A stretch of 62,932 nt of DNA, counting the filler. It is 5 parts of 5 records of this genome, joined end to end, with 100 filler letters (N's around TTAATTAATTAA, not from the genome) between each part and the next. Parts side by side here need not be neighbours in the genome. Positions count along the whole stretch, not along the records: positions 43,797 to 62,932 come from SRR31156797_107; 4 more parts are not named here. One strand, given 5' to 3'. Both the position numbers and the translations under genes were made by a program. The first letter of the stretch is position 1; the number at the start of each line of letters is the position of its first letter. The notes beneath the pieces are model-generated. The model ran no database searches. It saw only the letters and a program-made list of their open reading frames with translations, and was not told the origin of the DNA. Below are positions 57,639 through 62,932 of this stretch, in pieces.

Positions 57639-59078
57639 ATGGGAAATAACGCAAGGGGACGGTTGAAGGAAATGGCTTCGGAAAAACATGTTCTGGATCT
57701 GGAAAATGCTGATAAATTTCTGCCGGTTCTGGAACTTATGCTGGATGAGGCGTACCTTGGCATTGTCTTCGTGGACCCCGATGGCGTCATCCGGTTCATG
57801 AATCGACAATACGAGGAGTTAATCGGTGTGGATCGCACGCAAACTTATGGAAAGCATATCACGGAATATTTCCCCGATTCCCGGCTTCCCATCGTGATTC
57901 GAACCAGGAAAGCCGAGCTGGGCTGGAAATACAATTACCGGGGAAGGGGCACATTGGTGGTGAACCGGATTCCCATCACCAAGGGTAACAAATTCATCGG
58001 CGCCATGACCCAGTGCATATTTCGGGATATTTCGGAACTGCGCGAAATGGCTCTCAAGTTGGATCTGTTGGAAACAAAGGTTCAAACCTACAAAAGGGCC
58101 GCCAGCGATTTGCTAACTCCGAAATACAACATTGACGATATCAAAGGGAACAGCCGGTCCATTGTGGACCTGAAGAACATGGCCCTCATGTATGCGCCCA
58201 CCGACAGTGCCGTCCTGATCACGGGAGAAACCGGAGCGGGCAAGGAGTTGTTTGCCCATGCCATTCATCATGCCGGCAACCGCAACGAAGGTCCTTTTGT
58301 GTGCGTTAACTGCGCTTCCATACCGGATGCGTTGCTGGAATCTGAACTCTTTGGATATGCGCCCGGAGCTTTTACCGGCGCCCAAAAAAAAGGTAAAATC
58401 GGGAAAATTGAACTGTCCCATGGCGGGACCCTTTTCCTCGATGAAATCGGCGAATTGCCTTTCAAAGCCCAGGCCAAGCTGTTGCGGGTTCTGGAGGAAA
58501 AGAGGGTGGAGAAAATCGGCGAAGTCCTCCCCTCCGAAATCGATTTCAGGCTCATTGCCGCCACCAATAGACCCCTTGATTTTCTCAAAAACCAGAAAAA
58601 TTTTCGCCAGGACCTTTTTCATCGGCTGTCGGCCATTTCCATCAGTATTCCATCTCTGAGAGAAAGGGTCGAGGATATTCCGCTCCTGGTTGAACATTTT
58701 CTTCAAAGAGGTCCCGGCCGTGGCATGAAAATAACGGAGAAAGCCATCCACGAAATGATGCGGTATGCCTGGCCGGGAAATGTGAGGGAGTTGCGGAACG
58801 CACTGGAGTTGGCCGTGTGCGTAGCCCAAAACGGGGATGCCATTGACGTGGATCATTTGCCGGGACATATCCATGCCTCAAAGGCCGAAACCCGGTCTAA
58901 AGAAGAGACTCAGGACCTGCATATGAAAGCTGAAATACGGACGAACGAAATTCAATTGATCAAAAACGCCCTGGGCAGTTGTGGGGGGAACAAAGTCCGG
59001 GCCGCAAAAATGTTGGGGATATCCAGATCCTCTCTATATAACAAACTCAAACGGTATGCCATACCAACGGCCCGCTAA
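57639..59078 (+). CDS. PAS-domain sigma54-dependent transcriptional activator
   Basis: PAS (GIVFVDPDG.I.FMN), GETGAGKE, ESELFGYAPGAFTGA, WPGNVREL, Fis HTH; divergent from the operon. Confidence 0.93.
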   Translation: MGNNARGRLKEMASEKHVLDLENADKFLPVLELMLDEAYLGIVFVDPDGVIRFMNRQYEELIGVDRTQTYGKHITEYFPDSRLPIVIRTRKAELGWKYNYRGRGTLVVNRIPITKGNKFIGAMTQCIFRDISELREMALKLDLLETKVQTYKRAASDLLTPKYNIDDIKGNSRSIVDLKNMALMYAPTDSAVLITGETGAGKELFAHAIHHAGNRNEGPFVCVNCASIPDALLESELFGYAPGAFTGAQKKGKIGKIELSHGGTLFLDEIGELPFKAQAKLLRVLEEKRVEKIGEVLPSEIDFRLIAATNRPLDFLKNQKNFRQDLFHRLSAISISIPSLRERVEDIPLLVEHFLQRGPGRGMKITEKAIHEMMRYAWPGNVRELRNALELAVCVAQNGDAIDVDHLPGHIHASKAETRSKEETQDLHMKAEIRTNEIQLIKNALGSCGGNKVRAAKMLGISRSSLYNKLKRYAIPTAR

Positions 59079-59497
59079 TGGCACGCGGCGCCGCGGAACG
59101 CCATGTTTATTCTCCCAATGCATTCAAGGTACGATTGTATCATAAAACACTTTTGTATCACAATCGAACATGATACAATATCCCACATTCTCTTTCTTAA
59201 ATGATTTCAAAGCATAACCTGTCGAAATTTAAATTTTTAGTTGCAAACCCTAAAGACTGTATGAAGTGATACCGGCAGCGCCCGGTTTCCATTGGAAACG
59301 CCTATGGAGCGTCTCTTCCGGTACGCCTTTTTCAAAAAGGGCGGCATATCCGGCGTTTGGTAATTCCGGGGTTTTTTGAGACACGATTGTATCATTGATC
59401 AGATGATGGCCATGAATTTTATGGGTAAATCCTGTAAAATTCGGTTAAATATCGCATGAAGAGGGTTTTTTGGTCCCATTTGCGCGCAAAGTCTGTT

Positions 59498-59513
59498 TGG
59501 CACGAAATCTGCT
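59498..59513 (+). promoter_or_regulatory. sigma54 -24/-12 promoter
   Basis: TGGCACGAAATCTGCT, GG-N10-GC, 38 nt before ATG 59552. Confidence 0.75.
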
Positions 59514-59551
59514 TGTTATCCTCTCAATTGTCTCCTTCAGGGGGTGTAAGG

Positions 59552-59770
59552 ATGAGGCCGTGTGATGAAAGTATCAAAAAAACCATCTCTCTTGCGGAAA
59601 TGATGGTGAAACTTGCCGATGAGGGGGATATGGTGCGTGAAGATAATGGTTGTGGTGTGCTTTATGGCGTTTTAAGGGATTCCGCTTTCAAGATCAGAAA
59701 ACTGGCGGAGGCCGAGAAGAATGCGCACATCAGAAAGGGTTGGTGGGAAGTCGATAAGGAAAAAAGGTGA
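59552..59770 (+). CDS. Small helical hypothetical protein
   Basis: MRPCDESIKK..LADEGD..REDNGCGVLYGVLRDSA; start reassigned downstream of the sigma54 promoter. Confidence 0.7.
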   Translation: MRPCDESIKKTISLAEMMVKLADEGDMVREDNGCGVLYGVLRDSAFKIRKLAEAEKNAHIRKGWWEVDKEKR

Positions 59771-59822
59771 AATCAATTCACTGGGATTATGGTATTTTGA
59801 ATTTGATTGGGGGTGGAGAATC

Positions 59823-60179
59823 ATGATGGGATTGGAAGAATTAAAGAAAGATAGTGCGCTTATTGATTCTATCGATTGGAGTATGACCCCTGAAGAAGCT
59901 GTAAGGCTTTATCTTGAATGGGGTAACAACTGGAGTAGGGGATACGAAATGGTGCGATCCAAGGAGGATGAGACCCACTATTTTGTTTTGAATACATGGG
60001 ACCAATCACCTCTAATTTACTTTATCAAAAGGGATTATGAGGGTGCCGTGGAACTGGCAAGAATTGAGTTTCCCGAAGAAATAAATAAAAACAAATATGA
60101 TATGCCTTTGTCCAACGGTGTTTATGCTGTGGATGGTGAGTTACGGAACTGGCTGAAAAAGGAATTGGATGTTGTGTAA
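59823..60179 (+). CDS. DVU0772-family protein (sulfate reducers)
   Basis: IDWSMTPEEAVRLYLEWGNNW motif; GGAG SD. Confidence 0.75.
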   Translation: MMGLEELKKDSALIDSIDWSMTPEEAVRLYLEWGNNWSRGYEMVRSKEDETHYFVLNTWDQSPLIYFIKRDYEGAVELARIEFPEEINKNKYDMPLSNGVYAVDGELRNWLKKELDVV

Positions 60180-60203
60180 TTTCTAATTATTATAGGAGAA
60201 ACC

Positions 60204-60377
60204 ATGGAGAATAAAATTCTTGAAGCGATGAAAAAGGCCGGTAAACCGGTAAGACCCGGAGAGGTTGCTGATATGATTGGAGAAGAGAGTAAGGACGTAT
60301 CAAAGGTCATCAGCAAATTGAAGAAGCGTGGGTCCGTTATTTCGCCCAAAAGATGCTATTATTCATTGCCTGATTGA
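60204..60377 (+). CDS. 57-aa winged-helix protein missed by the ORF track
   Basis: AGGAG SD; MENKILEAMKKAGKPVRPGEVADMIGEESKDVSKVISKLKKRGSVISPKRCYYSLPD*. Confidence 0.8.
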   Translation: MENKILEAMKKAGKPVRPGEVADMIGEESKDVSKVISKLKKRGSVISPKRCYYSLPD

Positions 60378-60393
60378 TATTTAGGAGAAGACA

Positions 60394-60597
60394 ATGGCAG
60401 AACCTGAACAAATGTACCAATGCCAGACCACAAACTGCGGGTATATATATGACCCCGATCGAGGTGACCGAAAAGGAAAAGTATCCAAAGGTACGTTTTT
60501 CAACGATTTATCCGAGGATTGGAAATGCCCCGTTTGCGGCGCCGGGAAAAAAATGTTCAAGCCGCTGGCTGGACCAGGATCGGCTGCAGAAGCCTAA
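60394..60597 (+). CDS. Rubredoxin (CxxxxC variant)
   Basis: YQCQTTNCGYIYDP..DWKCPVCGA. Confidence 0.92.
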   Translation: MAEPEQMYQCQTTNCGYIYDPDRGDRKGKVSKGTFFNDLSEDWKCPVCGAGKKMFKPLAGPGSAAEA

Positions 60598-60635
60598 TCA
60601 TTTATTTTTTTTTGAATCGGAGGAGGAATACATTT

Positions 60636-61208
60636 ATGGATCTGATGGGGAGTCAAACGGAAAAAAATCTATTGACCGCATTTGCCGGTGAATCCCAGGC
60701 GAGAAACCGTTACACCTATTTTGCCAGCAAAGCCAAAAAGGAAGGCTTTGTTCAAATATCATCTATCTTTGAAGAAACGGCCAACCAGGAAAAAGAGCAC
60801 GCCAAGAGACTATTCAAATTCCTTGAGGGCGGTGAGGTGGAAATTTCCGCTGCATTTCCTGCGGGCGTTATCGGTAGCACCCTTGAAAACCTCAAGGCAT
60901 CGGCCGCAGGCGAACACCATGAACATACGGAAATGTATCCGGAGTTCGCAGCCATGGCCCGTGATGAAGGATTTGAGGCCATCGCCGATGTTTTCATGGC
61001 CATTGCCGTGGCTGAAAAACAACATGAAAAGCGCTATAACGATCTGGCCGCGAACATTGAGGCGGATCGTGTATTTAAAAGGGACTCGGAAGAGGTGTGG
61101 CGATGCCGGAACTGCGGTTATATTCATGCAGGTGAGGAAGCCCCCCAGAGTTGCCCCGCATGCGCCCACCCACAGGCTCATTTTGAACTGCTGGGTGAAA
61201 ACTATTAG
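60636..61208 (+). CDS. rbr: Rubrerythrin
   Basis: AFAGESQARNRY, EKEHA, EKQHE, CRNCGY..CPACAH; GGAGGAGG SD. Confidence 0.96.
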   Translation: MDLMGSQTEKNLLTAFAGESQARNRYTYFASKAKKEGFVQISSIFEETANQEKEHAKRLFKFLEGGEVEISAAFPAGVIGSTLENLKASAAGEHHEHTEMYPEFAAMARDEGFEAIADVFMAIAVAEKQHEKRYNDLAANIEADRVFKRDSEEVWRCRNCGYIHAGEEAPQSCPACAHPQAHFELLGENY

Positions 61209-61324
61209 AACTGTCCGCTATTTTGTATTGTTGCACATTCCGGCATCATGGGTATGGGATGGCAAAAACGATCGTGAAAAGGTTTTAGCGCATTAATCAT
61301 AACGACAACCGTAAGGAGGATGAA

Positions 61325-61699
61325 ATGGCTGAAAAATTTGAGATCTATAAGTGCGAGGCATGCGGAAACATTGTTGAAGTCCTGCACGGCGGCAAAGGAG
61401 AATTGGTGTGCTGCGGTTCACCCATGAAACTTTTTAAAGAAAATACCGTCGATGCAGCCAAGGAAAAACATGTCCCGGTCGTTGAAAAGTCAGCCGGCGG
61501 CATAACCGTAAAGGTGGGCGAAGTGGCACATCCCATGGTGGAGAAACACTATATTGAATGGGTCGAAATCATTGCCGACGGAACTGTTTATCGAAAATTC
61601 TTAAATCCCGGTGATACGCCCGAAGCGACTTTCAACGTGACGGCGGATCGGGTGACGGCAAGAGAATATTGTACACTTCATGGCCTTTGGAAGGCTTAA
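61325..61699 (+). CDS. dfx: Desulfoferrodoxin (superoxide reductase)
   Basis: [28 protein letters not shown]. Confidence 0.96.
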   Translation: MAEKFEIYKCEACGNIVEVLHGGKGELVCCGSPMKLFKENTVDAAKEKHVPVVEKSAGGITVKVGEVAHPMVEKHYIEWVEIIADGTVYRKFLNPGDTPEATFNVTADRVTAREYCTLHGLWKA

Positions 61700-61772
61700 T
61701 CGAACATTTTTAACAAAGCCTCCAAAAGGGTTTCTTAACAAAAATGCATTGTCAACATGAAAGGAGCCGCAT

Positions 61773-61958
61773 ATGTCAACTCCACAGCATTGCCCAGGTT
61801 TTGAGCAGGCTAAGCATTTAAAAGCCTTTACGTGTAAGTGTCCCAACTGCGAGCGGGAAAAGGAAATTTTTTCAGACGAATTTGACAAAGAGCATACCTG
61901 TTCCGGATGTGGAAAAATAATAGATTTTACCCAATGTACTCTTGATGCCGGCGTTTAG
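61773..61958 (+). CDS. Small Cys-rich zinc-ribbon-like protein
   Basis: AAGGAG SD; HCPG, CKCPNC, EIFSDE, CSGC. Confidence 0.75.
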   Translation: MSTPQHCPGFEQAKHLKAFTCKCPNCEREKEIFSDEFDKEHTCSGCGKIIDFTQCTLDAGV

Positions 61959-62184
61959 AGAATCCTCGGGTGTTCTTTCATAATCCGCCGGTTCCTCGCA
62001 ACAGACGCTGTTTCTGTTGTGAGATCCGGCGGTTATCAAAAGAGAATCTGAGATCTCGGATTTTATCCACTTTATCACGGAATCCATCAACGGCAAACGG
62101 TTGCCGATCCAATATCCCAACGGAATCCCACGAAACCGGACAAATATTTTCTCACATGGGCGCATATTCAGGGGGGAATATCCT

Positions 62185-62868
62185 TTGAAAGGACGTATCC
62201 GCAGGGAGCAGATTCTGGAAATTCTTTCCGGAAGCGATGTTGACGCCGGTCTGTGGGCATTAAGACGCATGCCCTCCGGAAAAGTCGTCAACGCCCTTTT
62301 TTCTTTCCTTTACAGCCAGGATGAAACCATCAAATGGCGTACTGTTACGGCCATGGGGCTTTTTGTCCAAGATATGGCCGACGGTGATATGGAAAAGGCC
62401 CGAACTGTTATGCGCCGTCTCATGTGGAATTTAAATGATGAATCGGGCGGCATTGGGTGGGGATCTCCAGAGGCCATGGGAGAGATCCTGGCCTGCCATG
62501 AAGGGCTCTCCGGGGAATATGCACCCATTTTACTCTCTTATGCAAATAAGGACGGTAATTACCTGGAACTGCCCATGTTGCAGAGGGGCCTGCTCTGGGG
62601 AATTGCAAGGCTTTCAGAGGAAAGACGCCATCTTGTAATCGGTTCAAAATCCCATTTTTTCCCCTATCTCGAATCAGAGGATCCCGCCGTCAGGGGGCAT
62701 GCCGTTCGCATTGTGGGATTGATCGGGGCAGAGGAGGACCGGCTCCGCCTTTCGCCTCTCATGGAGGATAAATCCTCCTATTCAACCTATCTTGATCATC
62801 GATGCGTGACGCGTCTCGTGGGAGAGACAGCCAGGGAGGCACTCATAAGCCTGGGAAAGCAACAATGA
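62185..62868 (+). CDS. DVU0298-family HEAT-repeat protein
   Basis: RRLMWNLNDESGGIGWGSPEAMGEI motif; start codon uncertain. Confidence 0.8.
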   Translation: MKGRIRREQILEILSGSDVDAGLWALRRMPSGKVVNALFSFLYSQDETIKWRTVTAMGLFVQDMADGDMEKARTVMRRLMWNLNDESGGIGWGSPEAMGEILACHEGLSGEYAPILLSYANKDGNYLELPMLQRGLLWGIARLSEERRHLVIGSKSHFFPYLESEDPAVRGHAVRIVGLIGAEEDRLRLSPLMEDKSSYSTYLDHRCVTRLVGETAREALISLGKQQ

Positions 62869-62896
62869 AAATTCACCAAATTTTGGACCTGTGCGG

Positions 62897-62924
62897 TTAG
62901 CCATTAGCAGTTAGCGTTTAGCTT
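62897..62924. repeat. Four tandem heptamers TTAGCNN
   Basis: TTAGCCA TTAGCAG TTAGCGT TTAGCTT. Confidence 0.7.
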
Positions 62925-62932
62925 TTGGAAAA

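Noticed and set aside
43924-58881. Many long overlapping or antisense ORFs, e.g. 46493-47236, 51841-52722, 56035-56643, 58113-58874
   Set aside because: Shadow frames of well-supported genes in GC-rich sequence, with no motifs

Overview
This window is not one locus. It holds five unrelated contigs joined by 100-nt artificial linkers (N44-TTAATTAATTAA-N44) at 17176-17275, 25557-25656, 36965-37064 and 43697-43796; taxonomic labels below are inferred from composition and gene content only. Contig 1 (1-17175, Desulfobulbaceae-like): a large type IV pilin-like gene and two paralogous unknown small proteins around a divergent Cys-rich Crp regulator with a perfect CRP box, a short GspE/PilB ATPase, a candidate three-hairpin sRNA with CUUCUCCUC loops, HutX-like and PilZ genes, a porin, a broken MCP, a GGDEF-GGDEF-EAL protein, an ISL3 remnant and a MarR/MBL-hydrolase/EFR1 unit. 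Contig 2 (17276-25556, very AT-rich diderm): a repeat adhesin, an 899-aa outer-membrane barrel, a lone tail-collar protein and a REC-Hpt/OmpR pair, with an identical 23-bp box upstream of the barrel and collar genes. Contig 3 (25657-36964, Arcobacter-like): lactate permease, a KAP-NTPase/FGE-sulfatase fusion, ParA, an envelope/M23 operon and a decaying LRR/MORN array. Contig 4 (37065-43696, Desulfobacteraceae-like): an SBP/kinase/NtrC/TonB-receptor signalling cassette between polysaccharide genes. Contig 5 (43797-62932, Desulfobacterota): a ~13.5-kb sigma54-driven catabolic operon (split PycB-type biotin carboxylase, two beta-keto-acid cleavage enzymes, a hydroxyacyl dehydrogenase, TAXI and DctP TRAP transporters, an Fe-S protein) and a rubredoxin/rubrerythrin/desulfoferrodoxin cluster. 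The best candidates for undescribed systems are the carboxylase-BKACE pathway, the collar/barrel/adhesin regulon, the Crp-pilin locus and the sRNA. All family assignments come from motif recognition by eye; no searches were run.
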